From NCBI RefSeq assembly GCF_006345805.1, contig NC_042998.1:93186001-93250000 (forward strand): a stretch of DNA of 64,000 nucleotides. Reading direction: 5' to 3'. Positions 11,593 to 24,979 of this stretch are shown here, piece after piece. The notes under the pieces are model-generated. The model was not told the DNA's origin. It did not search any database and worked only from the letters and a program-made list of their open reading frames with translations. This DNA is from Octopus sinensis (Eukaryota). Numbering within the stretch: the first letter of the stretch is position 1; the number at the start of each line of letters is the position of its first letter. The position numbers and the translations under genes are program-made.

Positions 11593-12680
11593 TGTACTCT
11601 TTTATTCTTTTAAGCACTTCAGCCCAAAGACTGTGACCATGCTGGTGCACCACCGGTATTATCACCTTTTCTATGGCCATTCTTTGTGATTGGCTTTTGG
11701 TGAAGGAAGGAGTGTGATATTGCTACCCTCTTTTGAGTTTCTTGCTATGACATAAGATACATCTGGGACTTGGATGGTAGGAGGTCAAGATGCTTCTTAA
11801 AAACATCTAGCCCCAATTTGTGTAGATCTCTCAGATGTTTTGCCAAGATATTAAATAGCTGTGGGCCTTTGAATCTCCAACAATCACCATATCTGGTTCT
11901 TATTCTAGACGGGATGAGTGGGACCTTTGGAACAGAGCAGTGATTCCAAAGTTTGGTGCCAACCCCTCTAAGATTTTCTATATGTATATCCCTGCATACA
12001 TCTCCCAGCTTCACTCCAGGGAGCAGAGTTGTAAATTTTTCAGTCCCCACAAGTAGCTCAGACGTTTCCTTGATGTGGTCTTCCTGGTGTAGCATTGCTG
12101 AACTTCCTCAAGCTTCACTGTTAATTTGACACTGCAGGGTGATTACATTTGAGAGCAGTAGTCCAAATTACTAAAGACAAATGCCCTCTATAAAACCAGC
12201 ATAGTTTTCTGGTCCATTGTTCTGAAAGTTTTCAAAACCCAACCAGCCAGTTGCTTACACATAGTCACCATCTAGGCGATATGTACATGAAACAAGGCAC
12301 TGTTGCTCATATCAACTCCCAGATCATGCACTGTGTTTGACTCTAGGATTGCTGCTCCTTTTAGTCCAAAGTATCTTTTTTACATCATATTAGCACAAGC
12401 TGGTTGATAGCAGAGGGCTTTGAATTTTCCTGCATTAAACTGCATGTTGCTTGCTTCAGCCCATTTATATATGGCATTTATGTCTTTCTGTAGAAGATTA
12501 GCATTAGAAGATTCCTTGACTGCTTGTACTACTTTTGTATCGTTGGCATAGCTAGTAAGTGTAGCAGTCTGTGTAATTGATGGTATGTCCAAGAGATCTA
12601 CCATAAAGAGTAGCTTCCCCAAGACAGTTTTCTGGGGCATTTCACTTGCAGTTACTGTCTCCTTGGAGAGGATCCCATTG
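11593..12680 (-). pseudogene. Degenerate CR1-group LINE, 3' RT region and tail (older relative of 25015-27960)
   Basis: ORF pieces QKTVLGKLLF...TSYANDTKV and RTRYGDCWRFKGPQLFNILAKHLRDLH align by eye to the ORF at 26248-27756; tail ggtggtgcaccagcatggtcacagtc. Confidence 0.8.
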
Positions 12681-13738
12681 GCTGCTATAGCCTGGCTATA
12701 GTCTTTTATGACTATAGCCTGCTATAGTCTTTTAAGAAGCCATGTAACCACTAGCCCAGTTTTCCAGTTATATTGAATCTCTGTACCTTTTGACATATCA
12801 TCCCATGATATATATATTTTCTTTATACCAACACACACACACGCATACATACACACATTTCATTTCATCTTTTACAGCATCCTCAAACCAGGTAAAGCAT
12901 TTTTCAACTTCCAATATCAGAGAACAGTTGTCATATTTGTACCATACTTGCCACCTCTGAAGAACACAATGGTGTTAGTTCACTGCCATGTCATTTAAAA
13001 TCTGGCTATCTAATAGCCAGTGTGCAGCTGACTGGTAAAATTCACTGTGATTTATGCATAATAATGTATACTTTGAGTTGTATATGTGTGTGTGTATACA
13101 CATATACATACATACATGTATATACACACATATGTACATATGTACGTATGTATATGTATGCATACATACATACACATATGTGCTGTGCATTACATGGTGC
13201 AGAAAATATTTTCGACTGTAAATAAACATAGCATGCATTTTCTCAGATTATTTTTATTTTGTCTTTATTAATTGTTTAATATTATAAATTTGGAATTGAT
13301 AGAGCATAAATAGCAGTACATATGATGCAGTCCTCAAATGATTGAGATGACTTAGACAAGGGTCACTTACTCTCAAGTCAGGGATGAAGGAAGCTAATTC
13401 CATTGGTTGAATCTTTATGATTGATAGAAATATATAAACAACTGAGAGTCAATATACATGCTAGGATAAAAAAAATTTGTGTTCTGTCAAGCAGTACCAA
13501 TTCAAATGACTTATTATGACAGTTGAATCTTGTGGATAAGTTGCATAGAGACCAATGCAGAAAAAATGAAAAAAGATTAATGTGGTTTTTGATAATAAAT
13601 ATTTAAAGAAAAATTATAAACGAAGTATAAATAATTGTCAAAGACTTTTATGGTTATAAATTGACTCAGTAAAAAACCAAAAGAGCTTTCAGGTACTGAA
13701 CTGAAAAATATTGATATGGAGATAAAATGCTGATAGGA

Positions 13739-13893
13739 GCAGGTGCGTTTGTGTGATTAAGAAGTTTGCTGTCCAACCACGTCATTTTGGGTTCAGTTCT
13801 ATGGCAGGGCACTTTGAACAAGCAGCATTAACTATAGCCCTGAGTTGAGCAAAAACTTGTGAGTGGATTTGGTTGATGGAAACTGAAAAGAAC
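13739..13893 (+). mobile_element. SINE family A head fragment
   Basis: gtgtgattaagaagtttgctgtccaacc...gggttcagttct...gtgagtggatttggttgatggaaactgaaa. Confidence 0.7.
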
Positions 13894-13954
13894 CTACTTT
13901 ATATATATATATATCGTAATCTTTTAATGTCCACTTTCCTTGCTAGCATGGGTG

Positions 13955-14296
13955 ATATATATGCTGCTGAAACCCCTTCGGTCATGACTGACCATGGGAT
14001 TGCATCTAGAAAGTTTCCCTCTCAGGCACAAGTCTGGTGTTTATGGAAGACCAGCAGTCACCCATGCATACCGGTCTCCCCTCTCCATGCCACCAGTGTC
14101 ATCCAAGGAAAAGGCAAAGGCTGATACAACTTGGCACCTGTGACATCGCAACTCATTTCTACAGCTGAGTCAACTGGAGCAATGTGAAATAAAGTGTCTT
14201 GCTCAAGAACACAACATGCATCTCAGTCCAGGATTCAAACTCACAACCTCATGATCATAAGCTCGATGCTCTAACCAATGAGCCATGCGCCTTCAC
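13955..14296 (-). mobile_element. tRNA-derived SINE family D
   Basis: Minus strand gtgaaggcgcatggctcattggttagagc (A box)...gagtttgaatcct (B box)...ttgagcaagacactttatttcacattgctccag; homolog at 46313-46635. Confidence 0.8.
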
Positions 14297-14299
14297 ATG

Positions 14300-14333
<34 letters not shown>

Positions 14334-15805
14334 TGTGTTTGTGTGTGTGTGTACATATATGTGTGCATGCATTGATGTATGCACATATGAGTGTTAATGT
14401 CTCCTTCTCTTGACATCATGTGATAGTTATAAATGAACATCAGTATTGAACAAGTGCTGTCTTTCCAGTCTTCTGTGAACATGTGTCCAGCTATGGGGTA
14501 ATATTTGCTTTGCTTGGAAACAGGTGATGGTCAAAAACAGGAAGGGCATCTGGCTGTAAAAAAATCTACCTCAATAAATTCTCTCTGACCCATGATGCTA
14601 AATTGATGATTAGACTATGTCTTCAAGTCATACTGAAAAATATTCCGAAATTGTGAAAGGAAGAAATACTGGCATTTAAAAGTATCTGATAAAATCAAAC
14701 TTCTTTTCAGGCTTATAAGGTGAATTAAAAAAAAAACTAGCAAAGAATATTTGCAAGACTCAACAAAACTGAAATATTAGGACAGATTAAAAATATATAA
14801 ACCAATTGTTATGAAGCAACATGTGATTTAGAGATAACACAGTCCAGAGAGAAGAGAGATAAAGTGTATTTTCATTTAAAATATAAAATATAACTATCTG
14901 AATGAACTCTCCAAGCATAATAGCTATTGGATCTTTTTTTTTTTCCTTTACAAAATATTAATATGAAAATAAAGAAAAAAGTTCTTCTAAACATTTTTTC
15001 AATTTATTGCCTCGGAAACTTGATATTAAGCAAAAATAAAGATAAATAAGTGAATAAAGATAATAATAATAATCTGTATCTATATTTTCAGTTTTGAATA
15101 AAATATATAATTAACAGTGACAAAAGATGCATTCAGAATGTATGAAATGTTGATATTTCTTAAGGATTTATACTTTTTGTGTGTGTGTGTTCTTTTTAAG
15201 TCTGGAGCCACATATATTTTAAGTATTTATATCTCATGGTAGAGCAAACATTTGATGAAATGATTTTCTTCTATATTTACAAACACAAACAAAAGGAACA
15301 GATAGAGAGAAATTGTCAGAATTTTGGTGCAGTTAAGATAAGTGTCGCTGACAAGAAAGGAACTATGTTGATAAATCTATCGAATGTGTTGCTAAGTAAA
15401 CTAATTAATCCAAATATATTGACATAAGAAATAATTCAGCAAACAAAGGAAGAAGGTATAGCACTTGTTCAAATCAGCTGTGGAAAAACTATTGAATGTT
15501 CATTGAACGAACAAAATGCATTCATTGACAAATATAACTTAAATATAAGATTATTTTATTGAACCTCAAGAAAGCCATTTTTCTTAGCATCAAAAGAAAG
15601 CTTGTAATCATTACTTGTTCAGTTTTCAAAATTCTTTGGAAAGAAATTTACTCATAACCAATCAAGGAAATACATAAGGTGATATACAGCTCATCAAAAT
15701 TTCAGTATTTATCAAGTTAACACTTTACTTCAGTGAAGGATTGCAAATTCTACACAAAATTCAGCTTTGAAAACACCTCCAAGATAATTTGGATAAATAA
15801 TTTTA

Positions 15806-16248
15806 TCGTTTATCTTTTACTTGTTTCAGCTATTAGACTACAGCCATGCTGGGGCACTGCTTTGAAGAATTTTAGAGGAATGAATTGACCACAGTACTTC
15901 CTTCTTTTTTTAAAGCTTGGTACTTATTTTATCGATCACTTTTGTTGAACAACTAAGTTACAGGGACTTAAACATATCATCACTGGTTGTTAAGCAGTAG
16001 GCGGGAGGGCAAACACTGTCACAAAGAAACACACATGCACATACACACACACATGCACACACACACACACACGTGCACACACACACACACAAGACAGGCT
16101 GCTTTCAGTTTCTATTAATCAAATCCACCCACAAGGCTCTTGTCAACCTGAGGCTATAGTAGAAGACACTTGGCCGAGGTGCCATACAGTGGGTCTGAAC
16201 CCAGAACCATGTAGTTAGGAAGCAAACTTCTTACTACACAGCCATGCC
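15806..16248 (-). mobile_element. SINE family A, full length
   Basis: Reverse complement of head, (TG)n and tail as in 7852-8292. Confidence 0.8.
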
Positions 16249-16534
16249 AGTATGGTTTATATTTTTGCATGTATGAATATGGTCAGCTTTTTTCCTTGAA
16301 GTTGACTGTATTGCAGAGAGAGTAACTTAACCACCTCTGTTTTGCTTGAGTTGTTTCCAGAAACATGTGCCTAGCACCAAGTACACTTAACACTTCTCCA
16401 CTCATAGCTACACCATGAAGGAAAGACAAGTCAATACATTTGTAGTATCCATGCAACTAAATTTAGTTTAGTATAACTGTACATATCTACTCTCTCTCGA
16501 TTTCTAACTTCATCATCTGTGCTCCCTCTTGCAT

Positions 16535-16790
16535 ATCAAATGGCAGGCTCAGATTCCTGATGTAGCGATCATGCACAACATGGGCACAGATAGTATAGGG
16601 GTCTGTATTACCTCATCACAGCTGCACTGTGCAGGATGGAGGATGACAGAGTCCCAAAGATAGTTTTTTTATACTGAACTGTGTAAGGGCAGGAGGATCC
16701 ATGGTGATCAGGGAAGTGCTGAAGAGACATATGAAAACCTCTAGCATCTCCCCAGGCACCTGGAAGGAGAAGGCCTAGCCATTGAGAAGA
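16535..16790 (+). pseudogene. RTE/BovB-like LINE ORF2 C-terminal remnant
   Basis: With frameshifts: KWQAQIPDV...SQLHCAG..RMEDDRVPKIVFYTELCKGRR...VLKRHMKTSSISPGTWKEKA, matching the BovB-type KWQD-x-IPD...QLRWAGH-x-x-RM...PK-x-x-FY-x-EL motif string. Confidence 0.65.
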
Positions 16791-17984
16791 AACAATTGAG
16801 AGAATATAAAAGAGCACGAGATATGTCACTTTTCTATTGCATCAAGTAGCTTTTACTTTCAACACCACTGTTGTAGATTAAGAGCTGGCTTTGAAGCTCA
16901 CATGTTAGCCTGTCAGAGATGATTACTGAACAAGAACAGTCAAAGTCAACTTACGATGGACAGCCATAACTGACGATGACATATCTACCTTAGGATTCCT
17001 CTCTCTGGATTTCCTGTAAGGGTGCACTCTCATAACCATTTTTTAAACACTCAATGAATTATCCTACAAGGCAACAAGGATTTATTATAGTGAGCATGGT
17101 TTGTACAGAGCAAGTCTCACTCTCTTATCCTTCAAATTTGTATTGATCTTGTGCAACAAGTTCCATAACCCTTTTTGTTCTCAGGATGCAGGTTTTGTTT
17201 GAAGTTACTCTCTCTTAGATTAGAGCTAAAGATCTGAAATGTCTCACCTGCTCTTGATCCATTGGGGTGCCTGTGAGTGACCTTGTTCTGGAGGTATGTA
17301 AGAAAATATATGCTGTATATTTTATAAAGTGTCAAAGTGCATAAGCAGCAACTTAGGAAAAAGTTATTTAAAATTTTTGGAAACCTAATGTTATAGTCAA
17401 CGATGTCTCCCAACTCACAGTTTACCTATATATGAAGCTGGACTTTCTTTACAAATATTTTTCAAAGTTCTGACATGTACAGATTTTTGTCCCAGAGATC
17501 ACTATGCTACCCAATCTTGAGTTATTTTCTTTCAGTTGTGAAAGATAAAACTGGAAAGACAAGTTTGTTGTTAGTAAATAAAAAAAGAATTGACTTATTG
17601 AGTAGAGAAATCTTTCAAAAGCCTGTTGTTATTGGGAAAATTCATTGAATGAAAGGGAAGAGAAAAAGTTAGGAAGCACTGATTTAGTAAACAAAGCTAT
17701 TCATTCATTCCTTGGCTGTCACAGTCAGATGTGTTATAAGACACAAGGCAATGGGTTGTAATTTCTCCACTCCTGAGTAAGTGTGAAGAAGTGCAAAATT
17801 TCCTCTTGCTTATTATGCTTATTACTGAAGGTGTGAGTGTCAAATTTGCCTTTGTAGAACCTTTCCTACACATTTGGTCACAGTTTGATTAGAATAGGAA
17901 GCTGGGTTATTCTTACATAAAGTTCTGATTTTCTTTTCTGTAAATATGTTTGAAGTTTTGACATCTACATATCATTGTCCTAAA

Positions 17985-18288
17985 GAGCATGATGATTCGA
18001 GTGAGGTCATTGCCAGTGTCGCTGAACTGGCTCCTGTGCAGGTGGCACATAAAAAGCACCATTTGAGTGTGGCCGTTTCCAGTACCGCCTGACTGGCCCT
18101 CGTGCCGGTGGCACGTAAAAGCACCCACTACATTCTCGGAGTGGTTGGCGTTAGGAAGGGCATCCAGCTGTAGAAAATCTGCCAGATCAGATTGGAGTCT
18201 GATGCAGCCCTCTGGTTCGCGAGACCTCAGTCAAATCGTCCAATCCATGCTAGCATGGAAAGCAGATGTTAAACGATGATGATGATTA
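17985..18288 (+). mobile_element. SINE-like family C with two internal ~63-bp modules
   Basis: ...gtgccggtggcacgtaaaagcacc...ggttggcgttaggaagggcatccagctgtagaaa...gcatggaaagcagatgttaaacgatgatgat. Confidence 0.75.
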
Positions 18289-18780
18289 TCTTCATTGATG
18301 TTCTTCAGGTGGTTTTTGGCATAGTGGAGTTGAGGATGTCATTCATGGATTGTAGCATAACACAGTTTGCCATAAAGTATTAGGTTTGTTAGATGGATAT
18401 TATGAAGAACAGTTGCCTCACTGTATGAAGGGCTTCCAAACTTGATATATTTCAGTAATAAACATGGATATGTGTTAAGAAGTCTAATTCACATCTATTT
18501 GATTTCAGGTTCAGTTCCACTGAGTGACACCTTAAATGAGTGTATTCTACAATAATCCAGGCTGACCACTGCCTCCTTGTGCATGAATTTAGTTGATGGA
18601 AACTGAAAGCCCATCATGTATGTATGTATGTATTTGTGTGTGTGTGTTTGCATGCGTGCGCGGGTGTGTGTGTGTGTGTGCAAGTATTTGTCCCACTGCA
18701 CCACTTGACAATTGGTGCTGGTTTGTTTTTGTAATTGTAATGTAGGAGTTCACAAAAAAGCGACCAAAAGAATAAGTCCC

Positions 18781-18832
<52 letters not shown>

Positions 18833-19178
18833 TCAAGAGCACTCAAAGAGTGCAAACCTCTGCCAAGGCAACACCAACGTCCTCTCGACGAGTAGCCGGA
18901 GATGATTTTTAAAATGAGAATATCTGAAATAAACTTGACTGTTCTCACAAACGAGAATACTAAAAATTAAGTAAAAAAAAACGGAAAAATAATCCAGAAT
19001 CCTTGTCCGGTACTGAATCAATCCCAAAATCTAATCGATTTGTGCCAGTCATGAGGCCAAACATCCCTGAAAGTTTCATCTGAATACATCCAGCCGTTTT
19101 CGAGATATTTTGTCCACAGACAAACAAACAAACACAACTGTAAACAATACCTCCGCCTTCACTAAAGCGGAGGTAATA
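18833..19178 (+). mobile_element. Helentron-associated non-autonomous element (HINE/DINE-1-like)
   Basis: 5' subterminal aacctctgccaaggc (18855-18869), (CAAA)n near the 3' end, and 3' hairpin tacctccgc-cttcactaaa-gcggaggta (19148-19175). Confidence 0.7.
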
Positions 19179-19180
19179 AT

Positions 19181-20336
19181 AGCCCTGATGCAGTACCAGG
19201 CAGTGGTCCTCATGTCTTTTGATCTTAACTGACTGGAAGTGTTATCATGTACATTGTTTTGTCTTGGTATAAAAGATAGGCTACTGCAAATATTCTGCTC
19301 AATACCACAGATTTGCTTGTTAGTTGTTTGACCGTAACCAGTTGGGCATGTCTCTTAGTGGCTGACGGTATGTGCATCTCTGATCAAGAGCAGAAGTAGT
19401 GGGGGAGCATCATAGCCATGTGTTGAGAGGAATTCTTTGGAGTTTGGATAATTTGCCTTTCGAAACATGGGTGTTTTGTTTGTAACGAACTTCGTGTGAG
19501 TGTGAATATCTTGTCTTGTACTTTCGGGGTACAAGAAAGCAATCACTCTCACTAGCCGTTGCTTTAATAATCCAGATTCTCTACAGTCAGAAACAACAAG
19601 ACACAGACGTAAAATATATATATACTACTTTATTCTCTTTCTTGGTAACAATAACAATAAGTGTGTTATCTGATGTCCTTGGTTCTGGGCGCGCAAGGCT
19701 GAAAGTTAATCGATTGTAATATTTACAATGTTCAGCCGCCAAAACATAACGGGGTTCAAGATGGCGTCGAACAATGGAGACGATGTTGGTCTGCAACAAT
19801 TTTGGTTAAAGGCCTTTTGGTAAGGACTGCTAGAATCAGTTCGAATGGAGAGAAAATGTTAACGTCCTGCTCCTTAGGTCGCTGCTGTCCCAAGTCGCCG
19901 CTGCTGCTGCCAGCGGTCAAACGTTCTACGACCCCCTTGCCTTGGCAAAGGGTTCTTCCGGTGCTTCGCGCATGCGCGAGAGGGCCCTTCCTTTCTGTGC
20001 CTTGGTGAAGGCACCAACACGCGCGAAATACAAATGGACGGTGCGCGAGTGCGCGCCGTTGTAGGATCACTACATGTTCAACATCCTTAAACAACCCTTA
20101 TTCAGGGATCTTTTGAGCAGGATGGGCTACTCAACCAGAAGAAAATTCTAACTGGGCCCCACCTGCAAGATCATGCACTGTTTATCTTGATATGAGATCA
20201 CCATATCGTGCACATATGGTTGTGATGCATGTTGCCTGGTCTACCCTTATCAGAAGGGTAGTCATAATGGGTATACTGGGCTTCATATATTTTACCCGTA
20301 TCACTTTGATGACATGCACTGCTCTGTCACTCAGTA
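19181..20336 (+). mobile_element. Family T repeat, copy 3, interrupted by a solo LTR
   Basis: 19181-19480 and 20075-20336 join into a contiguous family T sequence once 19481-20074 and one TGTT are removed. Confidence 0.85.
19481..20074 (-). mobile_element. Solo LTR (594 bp, probably Gypsy-type) with 4-bp TSD TGTT
   Basis: TGTT|TGTAACGAAC...GGATCACTACA|TGTT; TG...CA termini; AATAAA on the minus strand at 19629-19634; homologous to 20621-21107. Confidence 0.85.
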
Positions 20337-20339
20337 GTA

Positions 20340-20403
<64 letters not shown>

Positions 20404-20620
20404 TAATAATAATAATAATAAGGAAAAGATCCACCGGGGGACGTTTAAGATGTAAGAACGATAAAACAGAGCTCTGAAATATATCCACAAACATCGAAAA
20501 CAAGGACATCGTATGGAGCCAAAGATTTACTAACAAAGGATTGGATTGTACCCGAGTAAGTAATACTCATTGAAATTTATTACTATTTTCGATATGAAAT
20601 GATGTATTTTGACTCGATAT

Positions 20621-21107
20621 TGTAGTGATCCTATATAACAGTGCGCGCTCGCGCACCGTCCATTTCTGTTTCGCGCGTGCGGGGTTGGTGCTTGAGACAC
20701 AGCTATCGAAGGTACAAGACGTGTAGTTCTCTCTCTCTGTCCGGATTTGATAGCAGCAGTCAGGCTTTTCATAGAAGAAGACGCGTATTATCTTCGTTTC
20801 CCCCTGACATTTGTTGCCGACCACATCATTTTCTCTCCCTATACGGACGCCATCTTGACCAGTGTCGTTTGCATTTGAACACTGTAAATTCTACAGCGAT
20901 AAAGTTCAGCTCTGACACATCCATACCAAAGGGATACCAGATACACCACTTATTTGTTACTGTCATAAGAGAATAAAGTAGATATATATTTTTTACGTTT
21001 GTGTCTTGTTGTTTCTGACTGGTAGAATCTGGATTATTAAAAGCAACGGAAAGTGATTGCACCAACTGCACCCAAAAGGTGCAGAGAAGATAGTCACTGT
21101 CGTTACA
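20621..21107 (+). mobile_element. Solo LTR (487 bp) with 4-bp TSD ATAT, inserted upstream of the R4/Dong ORF
   Basis: ATAT|TGTAGTGATCC...GTCGTTACA|ATAT; AATAAA at 20972-20977; same termini as the minus-strand LTR at 19481-20074. Confidence 0.85.
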
Positions 21108-21142
21108 ATATCATCTCCACCTCTAACACAACACATGTAAAC

Positions 21143-24100
21143 ATGTGTGAAACATTACGATCCATCAACACCAGGTCATCCCCGACCCCAAACACCATGT
21201 ACAAAGGAACTACGAAGAAATTAAATACCACCGATATTATTCAACCCAAGAATAACAATCGGGCGGTACGTACTTTAAACTTACAACACAAAATGTACGA
21301 AAAAATACATGTGCAAAACAATGTGACAACAGAAATGAACGGACCGGTACCCTACGAAAATTACGACCATCAAAATAATGGGCCGGACGTTGTTTCTCAT
21401 GTCCCGCAAATAAAACCCAAAAGACACAAATGGACACATGAGGAATACATTTCTATCCTACACGCATACTTCACAGCAGTGCTCTACCCAAAAAATGAAA
21501 ACACAACAACGTATACATATAAAATATGGAAGGAAAATAACATAAATATAGACTTGGATACAGCAATAAACCCTAATAAACTAGCTAACGTACGAAGATA
21601 CATTCTGAACGCAAAAAAAATATCAGAAATAGAAATAGAACATCTAAAAGAAAAATACACCAGGAAACTGTAGATAGAAGCCACACAACAATGCCCAATA
21701 ATATAAACACTGAAACAGTAAAACACGAAGACAAACGTAACATTCCCAACAAACATGATGTAAACAAAAAACAACAAACCCAGACCGTAAGGATGCATAA
21801 TAATACAAAACAAACAGCAAGCCAAAACATGGCAACAAACATATAAATAAGAAAGAAAGCATCACAAATCTAGTCTGGAAACAACGAAGGGGAGCCTAAT
21901 GATTATGATAATATAAAAAGTAAAATAGTCAAAGAACTGAAAACCACAGAGCTCAAAATGGACCACCGACCATACCTCCCAAAAATCAAAATAGACGAAA
22001 CAACAACACCAATTATAAACAGCATAAACCTAGCCGTCACGGAACTAATAGCCACTGAAACAAAAAGCGATATCACTGAGCTAAATGACTTAGTATACGC
22101 AGCAGCCACAAAAGAAGCTGGATACTCACTCAAACCCGTCCAAACAGGAGTACCACCACCCAAACAAACCCTGTGGATAAATAACATCCAAAACAAAATA
22201 CAAAAAATGAGAAAAGATCTGTTGATTCTTAATGAAATCAGTAGACACAATCAACGCTACTGAGCAACAAAAAGAAAACAAAAATACTCCGCAAATATAA
22301 CATCACAGAAAAAGATTTACCTGAGATAAAAGAAAAGCTGAAGCAAGATATCCTTGCCAAAGCACAAAGGATCCGCTGGTACGAGAAACGCCAGTGCTTC
22401 TTTGAACAAAACAAAAAGTTCAACTCCAATCCCAAAAAGTTCTACCAAGAACTTGGCAAAAATAAAATAGAAATCACTGCAGCACCAACTGCAGAAGAAG
22501 TGGAAGAATTCTGGAGAGAAATATGGTCGGCAAACGAACAACAAAAAAAAAGGAGTATTAAAACAACAAACTCAGCATCTGAGCAACTTTGGACCCCCAT
22601 AACAACTGAAGAGGTCACCCAGGCACTGCAAAGACTAAGCAACTGGAAGGCACCTGGGCATGACAAGATCCCCAACTTCTGATTGAAATATCTAACAGGA
22701 ATGCACAAAAAGCTGGCTGAAAACTTTAACAACATACTAGCAGAGCCAGAGACAATGCCTGAATGGCTCACAAAGGGGAAAATCATCTTAATTCCCAAAT
22801 CAAATGAGACAGCAAAACCAGAAAACTACAGACCAATAACTTGTCTCCCTACAATGTACAAGGCATTTACTGCAGTGATATCGCAAAGGTTGAACAAGCA
22901 CCTGGACGAAAACAACCTGTTTCCAGAAGAGCAGAAAGGATGCCGCAAAGGCTCATATGGCTGTAAAGATCAACTAATGATTAATAAAGCCATAACTGAA
23001 GACAGCCACAGAAAGAAGAAAGGCCTCAGTATGGCCTGGATCGACTACAAAAAGGCGTTTGATAGCATCCCCCACACATGGATCCTCGAAACACTAGCCA
23101 TTAACAAAGTAGCACCAAAAATTATAAAATTCATAGGGCACTCTATGAATAAATGGCAAACAGTGCTACAGCTCCAAACAAAAGAGGGACTCATGAAAAC
23201 CAAAGCCATCCCCATTAGAAGAGGAATATTCCAGGGAGACATGCTCTCTCCACTCCTTTTCTGCTTGGCACTGTCACCTCTTTCTGATATGCTAAATAGA
23301 ACTGGATGCGGATATAAATGTTATGGCAAAACGATCAGCCACCTTTTATATATGGATGACCTAAAACTATACGCTGCTAATGACAAACAGCTGGAAACAC
23401 TATTAAAGACAGTTCATGGATTTACTAAAGAAATAGATATGAAATTTGGATTAGAAAAATGCGCCAAAGTAACCCTGAAAAGAGGAAAACTTGTTAAGAG
23501 TAGCAACATCACACTAGATAAAACCAATGAAATAAAAGAATTAGACCAAAGCCAAACCTACAAATACTTAGGAATCCATGAACTATATAAGACACAACAC
23601 ACACAAATGAAAGAGAAAATAAAAAAAGAATATTATAGACGAGTTAGATCAATAATAAAAACAGAGCTCAATGCTAAAAACAAGATAATAGGTATTAACA
23701 CTTTAGCTGTCCCAGTTATAAGTTACAGCTACAATATCCTTCACTGGACACTAAATGAACTGACCAAAATAGATAAGAAAACAAGAAAAATAATGACAGG
23801 ATCTAGGATGCATCACCCAAAATCTGACATAGAAAGGGTGGTAGAGGCCTTATACAGCTGGAAAACTACTATAAAATAACCACCATAGGACTGCAAAAAT
23901 ATCTACTTCAGAAGGAAGGAAAACTGATACAAATACGGCAAAACACGAGCAAAACAAAAAACTGTTCTCAGTATTTAAGGAAGCTGACAAATACAAACAA
24001 GAAATCATACCACCTAACAAATATAAAGAAGAAGAAGAAGATGAAGAAACAACAAAAGCTATAAAACAAATGAAATCCAAACTAAAAATAGAACAGCAAC

Positions 24101-24885
24101 GAACCATGATAAAACGATGGCAAGAAAAGCCCCTTCATGGTAAATACTGGACTAAACTAAATGCAAAAGAAATAGACAAAGAAAAATCCCAGCAATGGTT
24201 GAGAAGCTCAGGACTCAAAGCAGAGACAGAGGGATTTTTAATTGCAGCACAAGACCAAAGCCTCCCCACTAGAAATTACCAAAAACATGTAAGGAAAAGA
24301 AATATAACAAGTAACTGCAGAATATGTGGAGATGGACAAGAAACAATAAATCATATTATCTCTGGCTGCCCAGTCCTAGCTAAGAAGGAATATATTCACA
24401 GACATGACAGAGTTGGAACCTACATACACTGGAAGCTATGCCAACATTATGGAATAACAACAGAAAAAAGATGGTATAGGCACACACCAGAAAAGGTCAC
24501 AGAAAACGAGAAAGCAACCATACTCTGGGATATGCCGATACACACAGATAGAGAAATTAAGGCCAACAGACCAGATATAGTTGTCAGAGATCATGAAGAA
24601 AAAAAATACTTTCTAATTGATGTATCAATACCGGCAAATGACAACATGTCTCTAAAAGAAATGGAGAAACTTTCAAAATACAAAGACCTGGAACTAGAGG
24701 TAACCAGAATGTGGAATCTAAAAACAGAAACAATTCCTATCATAGTAGGTGCATTAGGCATGATAAAAAAATATTCAGACAAATACATAACAAAAACACC
24801 AGGACTTACAAACACATATAACATACAGAAAATTGCACTACTAGGCACTGCACACATCCTACGCAGAACACTTTCCATACAATAA
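21143..24885 (+). pseudogene. R4/Dong single ORF broken by stops and frameshifts
   Basis: KRHKWTHEEY...LANVRRYI N-terminal domain; RT with YRPITCL, QKGCRKG, DYKKAFDS, GIFQGDMLSPLLF, HLLYMDDLK; CRICG...HIISGC...RHD zinc knuckle; RPDIVV...IDVSIP...K.SKYKDL endonuclease. Confidence 0.92.
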
Positions 24886-24979
24886 CCATCAGAGCATCAC
24901 AACAAATCACACCACATACCCAAGGCACACAGAGCTGTGGTTGGTAGTGAAGTGAAAGCAAGCTATAAAAATAAAACTA

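Noticed and set aside
17175-17295. Plus-strand exon-like segment (ttgttctcAG...ctggag/GTATGT)
   Set aside because: Stop codons in all three frames and no supporting neighbouring exons; could only be non-coding and cannot be supported from sequence alone.
19761-19819. Apparent first coding exon: caagATGGCG...MASNNGDDVGLQQFWLKAF followed by GTAAG in a CpG-rich region
   Set aside because: It lies inside the solo LTR, which has an exact TSD and splits a family T repeat. The homologous position in the second LTR does not preserve the frame.
20421-20620. HDV-like ribozyme expected at the R4/Dong 5' end
   Set aside because: The nested double-pseudoknot pairing could not be assigned by eye; left as a computational check rather than a call.
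19541-21060. A single large foldback or TIR transposon defined by the ~500-bp inverted arms
   Set aside because: Each arm has its own TG...CA ends and its own 4-bp TSD, so they are two independent LTR insertions.
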